From positions 1 to 64,000 of the forward strand of contig JANMKN010000244.1 in NCBI GenBank assembly GCA_031372065.1: a stretch of 64,000 bases of DNA, given 5' to 3'. The DNA is from Abditibacteriaceae bacterium (GTDB lineage Bacteria; Armatimonadota; Abditibacteriia; Abditibacteriales; Abditibacteriaceae). Of this stretch, positions 37,715-46,831 are shown in pieces. Within the stretch, counting starts at the first letter, position 1; each line of letters opens with the position of its first letter. The notes beneath the pieces are model-generated. The model was given only the letters and a program-made list of their open reading frames with translations, did not search any database and was not told where the DNA came from. The position numbers were made by a program, and so were the translations under genes.

Positions 37715-38874
37715 CTTTACCGGACGCCGCGTCATCAAATAATCCCAAACCCGCACGCATTTACCTGTCGCCGCCACACATGGGTGACGATGAATTGAAA
37801 CTCGTTCAGGAAGTTTTTGAATCCAATTGGATTGCGCCACTTGGCCCCGCAGTCAACCAGTTCGAGGTTGAACTGGCGAATTGGGCCGGTGTGAAGCACG
37901 CGGCTGCTCTTTCATCGGGCACGGCGGCCATGCATTTGGCCCTGCGTCTGCTGGGATTGCAGCGTGGTGAAGAAGTGCTTTGCTCTTCGTTCACGTTCAT
38001 CGCCAGCGCCAGTCCGATTATCTACGAAGGCGGCGTGCCGGTTTTTATAGATTCGGAAGCATCGTCGTGGAATCTTGACCCTGATTTACTGCGCGAAGAA
38101 TTAAGCGCCTGCGCACAGCGCGGAAAACTGCCGCGCGCTGTGATTAGCGTTGATTTATATGGTCAATGCGCCGACTATGACCGTATTTTGGCCGTTTGCA
38201 ACGATTTTGAGGTGCCTTTACTCGAAGATGCTGCTGAGGCGTTGGGCGCGACTTACAAAGGACAGCAGGCGGGCAGTTTCGGGCGCGCGGCGGCTTTTTC
38301 GTTCAATGGCAACAAAATCATCACGACATCGGGCGGCGGGATGTTGGCATCTGACGATGAGATGATGATCGAAAAAGCGCGTTTTTATGCGACACAGGCG
38401 CGCGACGAAGCGCCGCACTATCAGCATTCGGAAATAGGCTACAACTATCGCATGAGCAATATCTTGGCGGCCATCGGATTGGGTCAATTGCGCGTTTTGC
38501 AGCAGCGTATTGATCGCCGTCGAGAGATTTTTGAATTCTATTCGCAGGCCCTCGGCGATTTGCCGGGTGTGCAATTTATGCCCATTGCGGCTTATGGAAA
38601 GCCGAATTATTGGCTGACTTGTTTGACCATTGACCCGGCGCAGTCGGGTGGGGTAACACGCGAAAAAGTTTGGGCAAAATTAAACGAAGAAAACATCGAG
38701 TCGCGCCCGTTGTGGAAGCCTCTGCATATGCAACCGGTGTTTGAAGGTTGCCGGATGCGCGGCGGCGTTTTTTGTGAAATGGTTTTCGCGCATGGCCTTT
38801 GCTTGCCGAGTGGCACGCGAATGGCCCCCAGCGACTTGGAACGTATTGCAAACCTTGTGCGCCAACAGTGGTGA
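37711..38874 (+). CDS. DegT/DnrJ/EryC1/StrS sugar aminotransferase (PglE/EpsN-like)
   Basis: SSGTAAMH, EDAAEALG, FSFNGNKIITTSGGG, GYNYRMSN. Confidence 0.95.
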   Translation: MTLPDAASSNNPKPARIYLSPPHMGDDELKLVQEVFESNWIAPLGPAVNQFEVELANWAGVKHAAALSSGTAAMHLALRLLGLQRGEEVLCSSFTFIASASPIIYEGGVPVFIDSEASSWNLDPDLLREELSACAQRGKLPRAVISVDLYGQCADYDRILAVCNDFEVPLLEDAAEALGATYKGQQAGSFGRAAAFSFNGNKIITTSGGGMLASDDEMMIEKARFYATQARDEAPHYQHSEIGYNYRMSNILAAIGLGQLRVLQQRIDRRREIFEFYSQALGDLPGVQFMPIAAYGKPNYWLTCLTIDPAQSGGVTREKVWAKLNEENIESRPLWKPLHMQPVFEGCRMRGGVFCEMVFAHGLCLPSGTRMAPSDLERIANLVRQQW

Positions 38875-38939
38875 TCTGTAAAGGTCACTAAAGTGTCATT
38901 GAACCGAAAAATCGCACGCCGCGTCTGCCGCACATCTCA

Positions 38940-41423
38940 ATGGATAGTTCCAGGAAGAAAATCATGAAACGAATGGCGATATTTTCCGGTTTTGCAGCCG
39001 GGGCAGCGGCGTTGGCATTTTTTGCCCAAAAAGCACCTGCCGTCCAATTGACAGTCCCCAATCCGAGTTTTGAACAGCGCGATCCGCAAAATCCAGATCA
39101 ACCATTGGGTTATAGCCCCGTGAAAAATAATGCGGTTAATGGTGTGCTATGGGATCAGCGCGCGGCGCATACCGGACGCGCTTCGCTGTATGTGCGCAAT
39201 GATAGCCCCGAAAATGCTTTGTGGCAATTGACAGGTGGTCTCGATATTGTGCCCGGCCTGAAATATAAAGTTTCAATTTGGATAAAAACGCGCGAGGCGA
39301 CTGGCTATAGCGGCGTGAGCGTGCGTTACCGTGCGGGGAATCAGTGGCTCAATGCGCCCTTGGGTTTGGGCGATGGCGAAGAAGCTAACACCAATTGGCA
39401 TCAGTCTACAATTACAATTGAGCCTCCTGATAACGCGAATTCAGTGTCCTTGTTTTTTGGTAATGGCCAAGGGCAGGGTGGGGAAGTGTGGTTTGATGAT
39501 CTTTCTGTAACCAGCGCCTTAGATTCGGAAGTCAGCGAACGTTTGCCCGCCATGATGCAGAAAAATGATGCCTTGTTAAATCAACCCGACGACGGCACGC
39601 CGACAGGCCGGACGCGGCGCAGTCAGGCCGATCAATGGCGTCGTCGTGCTGGTGATTTTCAACGTCGTGCGGCGCACCCCGGCGGCTCAAAAGAAGAATT
39701 GACCTCACTTTCTAAAGAATGGGCAGCGCTCAACAGTGAATACGAGGAAACCCAGCGTTTGGGCGCGACCAACAATACCGTGCGCGAGTGGAGCCAGAAG
39801 ATTCCCGGCCAAGCCGGAAAACCTGTGCCCTATGTTGCCGGTTGGGAAAATTCAGTAACCCGCGTTTGGTTGCGTGACATCGCTAATAGTTTGCAAATCA
39901 GTCCGGTGGGGCACATTGACGCCGCACGCGGTGAAACCGAGGCCATTCAACTGGGAGTTATGGCCGTCAACGCGCCGCTGAACGATGTTCGCGTTAATGT
40001 CGGCGATTTGGCTGGCGCTACGGGACGTATCGCCGGTGCCGTTACGCTGCATCCCGTCGGTTCTGTCAAAATTGAGCAGCCTAACACTGCTGGCAGACAG
40101 GTGATAGAACGCGATTATCGCGGCTGGTGGCCGGATATTTTGCTGAATAATTTCGCCTTCGATGTGGCTCAAGGCGACACCGTTCCCGTTTGGATTTCGG
40201 TGACCATTCCACGCAACGCGCAGCCGGGAATTTACACGGCTCCTGTGGACATTGCCCCTGCTAATGCGGCGCCGGTGCGCTTGAATCTGGAAGTGCAAGT
40301 GTGGAATGTTGATTTGCCCGCGCAATGGCATTTTCGCAATATCATGAGTTTCAATCTGGATTTTGCTAAGGACTTCTATGAAGAGCAGTGGTCACCTGAG
40401 CTGCGCCAGAAGTTCTTGGAGTTCTTGACGGCGCGGCGCATTAATCTGACTACGCTTTATAAGGAGAACTTCACTTGGGACGAAATCAGCCGCGCTTTGT
40501 ATGCTGGACAAAACACCGTAGTTGTTGATGCTATTCCACCCAATGTCGCTCTGGTGCCGGGCGCCAAAGTTCAATTAGCGCCCGCTGAACAAGCAAAGGT
40601 TAATAAAGCTTTAGATGATTGGGTTCCACGCTTGCGCCAACTGGGATGGTTAGACCGCGCGCTGTTTTATGGTTTTGATGAAGTGCATTCTCGCAAAGAG
40701 TTTGAAACGGCGCAACACGTTTTGGGTGCAATTAAACAGCGCTATCCCGGCTTGCAAACCATATCCACGATGAAAGATTCTACCTACGGTTTGCAGACCG
40801 GACTTACAGGGGTGGTTGATAATTTTGTCCCGCAGATGCCCTTTTACGATCCGCAAACTGCGGCGCAGGCCCGTCAACGTGGCACCAATGTTTGGTGGTA
40901 TACAACTGATTGGAATATGGAGCAGCCGCTATCGCGAAGCCGCCTTATTCCGTGGATGACAGCTAAAGTTGGCGTTGATGGTTTTGAGATTTGGGTCATC
41001 AATCGCTGGCGTGGCGAAGGTGGCGGAAGTGGTCAGAATCCTCGCCCGCGCAGCCAATGGGCTACCAATAATCAACTAGTGCAGAATCAGATTTTGAACG
41101 CATGGAATCCGGCACTTGATGGCAAAAGCACCAATTCGACGGGCTGTTACTTGTATCCGGGTGTCAACGGTCCCTTATCGTCCCTGCGTCTCGAAAATTT
41201 CCGCGATGGCATTGAAGAATACGATTTGCTGGAGGCAGGTCGCCAGCGTTTGAACGCTTTGCGCCAGAAGGGCGGAAATGCCGCGAAAATCCAACAGTTA
41301 TCGGCTGCTCTGCAAATCGAAGACAACTTTATTGCCGACGGCGATAAAGCCGATTATCGCCCTGAAGCGGTTTTGTTCCATCGCCAGCGTTTGTTGCAAG
41401 CCTTGGCCGCCACCGCGCAGTAA
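38940..41423 (+). CDS. Secreted carbohydrate-binding module + DUF4091/GH123-like glycoside hydrolase
   Basis: Signal peptide; NPSFE...VWFDD CBM-like domain; ARGETEAIQL, PVWISVTIP, FDE, YPG..PLSSLRLENFRDGIEEY. Alternative start at 38964. Confidence 0.75.
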   Translation: MDSSRKKIMKRMAIFSGFAAGAAALAFFAQKAPAVQLTVPNPSFEQRDPQNPDQPLGYSPVKNNAVNGVLWDQRAAHTGRASLYVRNDSPENALWQLTGGLDIVPGLKYKVSIWIKTREATGYSGVSVRYRAGNQWLNAPLGLGDGEEANTNWHQSTITIEPPDNANSVSLFFGNGQGQGGEVWFDDLSVTSALDSEVSERLPAMMQKNDALLNQPDDGTPTGRTRRSQADQWRRRAGDFQRRAAHPGGSKEELTSLSKEWAALNSEYEETQRLGATNNTVREWSQKIPGQAGKPVPYVAGWENSVTRVWLRDIANSLQISPVGHIDAARGETEAIQLGVMAVNAPLNDVRVNVGDLAGATGRIAGAVTLHPVGSVKIEQPNTAGRQVIERDYRGWWPDILLNNFAFDVAQGDTVPVWISVTIPRNAQPGIYTAPVDIAPANAAPVRLNLEVQVWNVDLPAQWHFRNIMSFNLDFAKDFYEEQWSPELRQKFLEFLTARRINLTTLYKENFTWDEISRALYAGQNTVVVDAIPPNVALVPGAKVQLAPAEQAKVNKALDDWVPRLRQLGWLDRALFYGFDEVHSRKEFETAQHVLGAIKQRYPGLQTISTMKDSTYGLQTGLTGVVDNFVPQMPFYDPQTAAQARQRGTNVWWYTTDWNMEQPLSRSRLIPWMTAKVGVDGFEIWVINRWRGEGGGSGQNPRPRSQWATNNQLVQNQILNAWNPALDGKSTNSTGCYLYPGVNGPLSSLRLENFRDGIEEYDLLEAGRQRLNALRQKGGNAAKIQQLSAALQIEDNFIADGDKADYRPEAVLFHRQRLLQALAATAQ

Positions 41424-41450
41424 GAAATGGAAATTGAAGCGGATTAGTGT

Positions 41451-41484
41451 GCATGGTAATCGCTTGTTCAAGCGATTACCATGC
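41451..41484. terminator. 16-bp-stem hairpin after the hydrolase gene
   Basis: GCATGGTAATCGCTTG-TT-CAAGCGATTACCATGC; no U-tract. Confidence 0.55.
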
Positions 41485-41514
41485 GAAGGATTATATTCTA
41501 TAGTTTGCAGTGTG

Positions 41515-41580
41515 TTTAGAATTTTGCCGCAACGGGTATAATTAAAAAACAAATTTAAAAGTGGACAACTCTTTTGTCCA
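41515..41580 (+). promoter_or_regulatory. Candidate sigma70 promoter and operator TGGACAA-N5-TTGTCCA
   Basis: TTTAGA-16 nt-TATAAT (41515-41542); inverted repeat at 41562-41580 upstream of the ABC operon. Confidence 0.4.
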
Positions 41581-41837
41581 ATTGTCCGATTTGCTACCTC
41601 CATAGGGAGCGTAGTCCGTAGGTCGCTTCCAACGATCTATTCAGACTCAGCCAGATAATCAGGAAGTCTTTAAAGCACTTTTCGCTGGCCACGCCGCGAG
41701 GCTTTTTAGGATTACTTTCTCACCTCGGCTTGTTGTCTGCTTAATTTTTCATCCCAATTTTAAGTGTTGTCATTGCCACCGGTTTTATCCCGGTTGTGCG
41801 ATGCCACATCGCGTCGCTTCTGCGACGGAAGGAAATT

Positions 41838-42545
41838 ATGAACCCAATTCTCGCAGTTCGCCTGCGCGCTTTGCGCAAGGGCTTTACCTTGATCGAACTT
41901 TTGGTCGTCATAGCGATAATAGCGCTTCTCGCGGCGATTTTGTTTCCCGCGTTTGCCCGTGCCCGCGAAAACGCGCGGCGTAGCTCTTGCACATCGAACG
42001 TCAAGCAACTCGCTTCCGGGATGATGATGTATGTGCAGGACTACGACAACACTTTCCCGCCCCGCCCGCCTGCTCCTTCTGCCCCCGGCCCCTTTCCGTG
42101 CAGGCCATGCCGCACCGATAACGGCGGCTGGAAGAATTTGGTGCAGCCTTACGTCAAAAGCGAACAGATATTCATCTGTCCCAGCGACCGCGGCGTGCCA
42201 ACTGCTCTTGACCCCATGAACGCCGCGTTGCCGAAGCCTCCGCGTATGGCTGATTTCTATGGTAGCAGCTATTGCGTCAATGTGGTCGTCCAACGTTTGG
42301 GGTCTGAGGCCGACATTGCGCTGCCTGCGGAAACTTATATGGGTGCCGAAATTTTCCCGTGGCATGTGGCTACCAGCGATGCGGCAGCCTACATGACCGG
42401 CAGAACGACCAACGCTGTGCGCATGGCTTATTTTTGCGACGGACACGCCAAAATCACGCCTGAAAAGATCATTTTTGACCAGTGTGGTAGTCCGATAGGC
42501 CCCGCCATGCCGATACCGGGCGGCGGCTTGCAGGCTGTTCCATGA
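41838..42545 (+). CDS. Prepilin-type N-terminal cleavage / DUF1559 protein
   Basis: [51 protein letters not shown]. Confidence 0.92.
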   Translation: MNPILAVRLRALRKGFTLIELLVVIAIIALLAAILFPAFARARENARRSSCTSNVKQLASGMMMYVQDYDNTFPPRPPAPSAPGPFPCRPCRTDNGGWKNLVQPYVKSEQIFICPSDRGVPTALDPMNAALPKPPRMADFYGSSYCVNVVVQRLGSEADIALPAETYMGAEIFPWHVATSDAAAYMTGRTTNAVRMAYFCDGHAKITPEKIIFDQCGSPIGPAMPIPGGGLQAVP

Positions 42546-42901
42546 AGTTCATAACTTCGCTTCTCATCCTGATGCTCAGTGCTGCCTGTTTCGGGGGTTG
42601 CACTCAGCATCAGGAAATCGCTCGCCCTGCCACTATTGAAACGGGAATCAGCAGTATCGCCGCGATTCAGAAGGCCAAGCTTTCCACACCGGTTATGGTG
42701 CGCGGCACTATGGTCGAAAAATGTCCTGTGGCTGGCTGCTGGTTCAAAATCCACGACGCTACGGGAACCATTAAAGTAGATGCAAAAGCGGCAGGTTTCA
42801 CGGTGACGGAAGTGCCGTTGCAAACGGAGTTTACGGTGCGTGGCAAAGTGGTGCCCAACGGCGCGGAAAAGATGATCCAGGCAACGAGCGCCGATTATTA
42901 A
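42542..42901 (+). CDS. Putative OB-fold lipoprotein
   Basis: Lipoprotein-like signal ending [27 protein letters not shown]. Confidence 0.7.
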   Translation: MKFITSLLILMLSAACFGGCTQHQEIARPATIETGISSIAAIQKAKLSTPVMVRGTMVEKCPVAGCWFKIHDATGTIKVDAKAAGFTVTEVPLQTEFTVRGKVVPNGAEKMIQATSADY

Positions 42902-42914
42902 GCATTGGCCGCCC

Positions 42915-43553
42915 ATGACTTCCGCGCCGCGTCGCACACTTTTCAAATTACTGGCGCTGCTTGTTTTCGCCGTCGTGTGGCGCGTGGTGAACCCGCCCGA
43001 AACGCCGCTGGTTGTGGCGCCCAGACACCTCATTGAAGCGGCGCCGATGTGCCCGTGGCGCCAGCCCGAAGCTGATATGCGCGCCTTTTTTCCCGACGCG
43101 ACGGGCTATCGAACTGAAACGTTGATCTTGACCAGCCATCTGCGCGAACTGAATAAACTTCTTGGCCGCAGGCCGACGCCGGACGAAAATCCGCTTTATG
43201 TGCATCGCGTTTTATCCCATTCGCGGCAAATCGGCAGCGTTTTAGTGCGTCGCGTCAAAGGCGAATACGGCGCGATTGAAATTGTTCTCGCCGTTAAACA
43301 CAACGTTGTGGCTGGATTGCGCATTCAACGATTGCGCGAACCGGCGCGTATCGCGCAGGCGTTAAACTCGTCGGCGTGGCTACACTCCTTCGTGGGCAAA
43401 ACCGTTGGCAGTTCGTGGCAAAATATGCCGCCGGTTCCTACCTTCGCGCGCGTTTCGGCAGCGGCAGTGTCCCAAGGCGCCCGCAGCCTGCTGATTTTGC
43501 ACGAAGTCGGCGAAAAAAGCGGGACAATCAACGGCGCGCCGCTGCGCCAATAA
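42915..43553 (+). CDS. FMN-binding-domain-like exported protein
   Basis: N-terminal TM; VKGEYGAIEIVLAV, IQRLRE, WLHSFVGK resemble the FMN_bind fold. Confidence 0.6.
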   Translation: MTSAPRRTLFKLLALLVFAVVWRVVNPPETPLVVAPRHLIEAAPMCPWRQPEADMRAFFPDATGYRTETLILTSHLRELNKLLGRRPTPDENPLYVHRVLSHSRQIGSVLVRRVKGEYGAIEIVLAVKHNVVAGLRIQRLREPARIAQALNSSAWLHSFVGKTVGSSWQNMPPVPTFARVSAAAVSQGARSLLILHEVGEKSGTINGAPLRQ

Positions 43554-43562
43554 CTCCTCTCA

Positions 43563-44726
43563 ATGCTGCTTTTTGCCTTACGAAATCTCACGCGGCGCCC
43601 GCTACGCAACGGGCTAACACTTTCCGGTTTGGCCGTCGCCGTCGCGGTTTTGGCCTGTCTTTTAGCCTTTGGGCAAGGCTATCGCCGTGCATTAAGCGCC
43701 GAGTTGAATCGCACCGGCGTGCAAATGATGCTGGTGCCGCTTGGCTGTCCTTATGATGCGGCGGCGCGCGTTTTAAAAGGCAAAACACTGGACAACTCGC
43801 TGCCGGAAAGCGCTTTAGCCGCCGTGCGAAGCGACCCCGCCGTGGCGATTGCGGCGCCACTGCTTTTGGCCGCCGTGCCGCGTCCCGCCGAAGGCCGCAC
43901 CGATTTATGGGCTGGACTGGACAAAACTTCGCTGCAACTCAAGCCGTGGTGGCGTATGAAAGCTGGCCGGAATTGGTTTGCAAGCGCCAATTCGGTGATC
44001 CTCGGCGACGAAGCGGCGGCAGTGGAAACGCGCGTGCCCGGCGACAAATTTTACAGCCCTGAAACTGGCCAAACTTTGCGCGTGGCGGGCGTTTTGGAGC
44101 GCAGTGGCACCAGCGACGACAGTTTGTTTTTCGTGTCGTTGGCAACTGCGCAAAAAATGTTCAAGCAACCGCAGCGCCTCACCGCCGTGGCGATTCGCCT
44201 GCACGACCCGGCACAAATGAGCGACGCGCTGGAACGCCTACAGAAAATCCCCGGCGCGCAGGTTGTGACGCTTTCCGAGATGATGGGCACCTTTCTCAAT
44301 TTGGTCGGCACGGTGCGCACGCTGCTGCTTTCCATTGCCATTGTCGCCGTGACAATCAGCGTGCTGGGTGTTTTCAATACGCTACTGACCGCTGTGGTTG
44401 AGCGCATGACCGAATTGTCGCTGCTACGCGCTTTAGGTGCCTCGCGTTCGCACGTTTTCGGCTTAATCGCGCTTGAATCGTTGCTTTTGGTCAGCGCCGG
44501 AAGCCTGTGCGGACTGCTGCTGGCACGCGGTATCGGCGGCGTTTTTGAGAACCTTGTCAAGCGTTTCATGCCGCTTGCGCCAACGGAATCGCTGTTCACG
44601 CTCACGCCTCTTATCATGCTGCAATGTTTATCATTGGGCCTCGGCATTGGCCTTTTAGCGGGCATTTTTCCGGCATGGCAGGCCAGCCAAATGCAGCCTG
44701 CTGATGCGGTGAAATTGGAAAGCTAA
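43563..44726 (+). CDS. ABC transporter permease (MacB/FtsX-like)
   Basis: RNLTRRPLR, ERMTELSLLRALGAS, PAWQAS. Confidence 0.92.
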   Translation: MLLFALRNLTRRPLRNGLTLSGLAVAVAVLACLLAFGQGYRRALSAELNRTGVQMMLVPLGCPYDAAARVLKGKTLDNSLPESALAAVRSDPAVAIAAPLLLAAVPRPAEGRTDLWAGLDKTSLQLKPWWRMKAGRNWFASANSVILGDEAAAVETRVPGDKFYSPETGQTLRVAGVLERSGTSDDSLFFVSLATAQKMFKQPQRLTAVAIRLHDPAQMSDALERLQKIPGAQVVTLSEMMGTFLNLVGTVRTLLLSIAIVAVTISVLGVFNTLLTAVVERMTELSLLRALGASRSHVFGLIALESLLLVSAGSLCGLLLARGIGGVFENLVKRFMPLAPTESLFTLTPLIMLQCLSLGLGIGLLAGIFPAWQASQMQPADAVKLES

Positions 44727-44729
44727 TTT

Positions 44730-45908
44730 ATGAACTGGCTTTCTCTTTCCTTCAAAGACTGGCAGCGCCGCCCGCTGCGCATGGCGCTGACCACAGCAGG
44801 TGTGGCGATTGCCGTCGCTGCGTTGTGGAGTTTGCTCGCGTTTCAGCAGGGCTACCGCGATGGAATGCAAGGCGAACTCGACCGCCTCGGCGCACACGTT
44901 TTGGTGGTGCCCAAAGGCTGCCCCTACGACGCGGCCTCCATCGCATTGCATGGCGCCAGTTGGCCGTGTTATCTTCAGGAAAATTACCTCAAGCAGGTGC
45001 GCGCCGTGGACGGCGTGGCAACAGCGGCGCCGGTTTTTATGAACGCGCTTTACGATGAAGCGGGCGCGCAAATCGTTTACAACGGCGTCGAACCGAATCT
45101 GCTGACGCTCAAACGTGGCTGGCACATCAACGGCGAATTTCCGCGCCGCCGTGGTGAAGTTATGCTCGGTTCCGAAGTAGCGGCGCGTATGAACGCGCGC
45201 GTCGGACAAAATATCGTGTTGCCCAGTCTCAAGGCGCGCGGCACCGTTTGCGGCATTTTGGCGACCACGCCGGGCGCTGACGATGGTTTCTTGTTTGTGC
45301 CTCTCGCTGACGCGCAACGCCTTTTCGGGCGTCCACGCGAATTGACGCATATTTTAGTGCGCCTCTCCGACCCCGACAAAATGGAAGGCGTAGTTGCGCA
45401 ACTGCGCGGCTGCGACGCCGGACTCAGTATGAACGTCGTGCCGCTGACACACCTGTTTCACACCATTCAAAACTTGGTCAATTCGACGCGCCTCATGCTT
45501 GGTTGCATTACTTTGGTGGCGCTGCTTATCGCGGGCGCTGGAGTCAGTAACGCGATTCTTATGGCGATTTCCGAACGCACTCGCGAAATCGGTGTGATGC
45601 GTGCCGTTGGTGCCTCGCGCGGCGACATTTTTCGTTTGTTTTGGCTGGAAACGATGCAGGTTTGCTTGCTCGGTAGCGTGCTGGGCGTTGCACTGGCTTT
45701 TGCAGCCTCGCGTGGCGTCGAAAATTGGCTGCGCGCCCGTTTGCCATTTGCGCCGTCAGGTGCTTTAATCGGTTGGCATTGGTGGACGGTGGAAATTTGC
45801 TTTGTTTGCGCGCTGATATTGGGCAGCGTCGTCGGGCTCTTACCAGCGTGGCGCGCGGCTTCGCTTTCACCGATGAATGCCATGCGCCGCGATGGAGGCC
45901 GCTTGTGA
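44730..45908 (+). CDS. ABC transporter permease (MacB/FtsX-like), paralog
   Basis: ERTREIGVMRAVGAS, PAWRAASLSP. Confidence 0.92.
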   Translation: MNWLSLSFKDWQRRPLRMALTTAGVAIAVAALWSLLAFQQGYRDGMQGELDRLGAHVLVVPKGCPYDAASIALHGASWPCYLQENYLKQVRAVDGVATAAPVFMNALYDEAGAQIVYNGVEPNLLTLKRGWHINGEFPRRRGEVMLGSEVAARMNARVGQNIVLPSLKARGTVCGILATTPGADDGFLFVPLADAQRLFGRPRELTHILVRLSDPDKMEGVVAQLRGCDAGLSMNVVPLTHLFHTIQNLVNSTRLMLGCITLVALLIAGAGVSNAILMAISERTREIGVMRAVGASRGDIFRLFWLETMQVCLLGSVLGVALAFAASRGVENWLRARLPFAPSGALIGWHWWTVEICFVCALILGSVVGLLPAWRAASLSPMNAMRRDGGRL

Positions 45909-46600
45909 GAGAAAATTACATCGTGCGCGCCGAAAATCTCACCAAAACCTACCGGCGCGGACGTGAAGAAGTGCGGGCGCTGGACAACGTGTCGTTTGAA
46001 ATTAACAGCGGCGAATTCGTGGCCGTCGTCGGCCCGTCTGGTGCCGGAAAAACTACGCTGCTCAATCTAATGGGTTGCATGGACACGCCCACTTCCGGCT
46101 CGCTGCGCATCGCGGGCCATGAGGTGCAAGGCTTGCCCGAAAGCGCGCTAACTCGATTGCGGCGCGAGCAAATTGGCTTTGTATTTCAGCATTTCGGTTT
46201 GATGCCAACGCTCACCGTGGCCGAAAACGTTGCGTTGCCATCTCTCTTTTCGCGCCGCCGCGTGACGGCGCAGGTGGACGAGCTGCTCGAAAAAGTCGGC
46301 CTCACACAGCGGCGTAATCATCGACCGCACGAGCTTTCCGGCGGAGAAATGCAACGCGTCGCCATCGCTCGCGCCCTGATTAATCAGCCGCAAATTCTCC
46401 TTGCCGATGAGCCGACTGGCAACCTCGATAGCGTCACCGGCGACGCTATCCTCGCCCTGTTTCACCAACTACTTGCTGATGGCCTGACCATCATTGTTGT
46501 GACGCACAATCCATCCTTGTCGCATGCCGCCCAGCGCACTTTAATTTTGCGCGATGGGCGGCATCTGTCGGCGGGAATGTATCTGCCACGACAACGGTAG
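45905..46600 (+). CDS. ABC transporter ATP-binding protein (LolD/MacB-like)
   Basis: GPSGAGKT, LSGGEMQR, LADEPTGNLD; GTG start overlaps the upstream TGA. Confidence 0.95.
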   Translation: MRENYIVRAENLTKTYRRGREEVRALDNVSFEINSGEFVAVVGPSGAGKTTLLNLMGCMDTPTSGSLRIAGHEVQGLPESALTRLRREQIGFVFQHFGLMPTLTVAENVALPSLFSRRRVTAQVDELLEKVGLTQRRNHRPHELSGGEMQRVAIARALINQPQILLADEPTGNLDSVTGDAILALFHQLLADGLTIIVVTHNPSLSHAAQRTLILRDGRHLSAGMYLPRQR

Positions 46601-46627
46601 CAGCGTATTCCCTGCAAATCAACCCCC

Positions 46628-46665
46628 GAAATCTAAGTCATTTGCGAGTGAAATATCGTCATGGG
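46628..46665 (+). repeat. 38-bp direct repeat, copy 1
   Basis: GAAATCTAAGTCATTTGCGAGTGAAATATCGTCATGGG; 36/38 identical to 52234-52271. Confidence 0.9.
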
Positions 46666-46831
46666 CGCCTTTGATGGTCACACGCCCTACAAGCGATTAC
46701 GACAAAAGGCCAGCCTGACTGATTAAACTTCACTATCCTTTGCCCAATTCGTGAATGCTTTTTGGCGCTGATACACTTTATAATCCGTTTTCTACGGTGA
46801 CCCTAAGAATGCAACAACCATCCCGTTGGGT

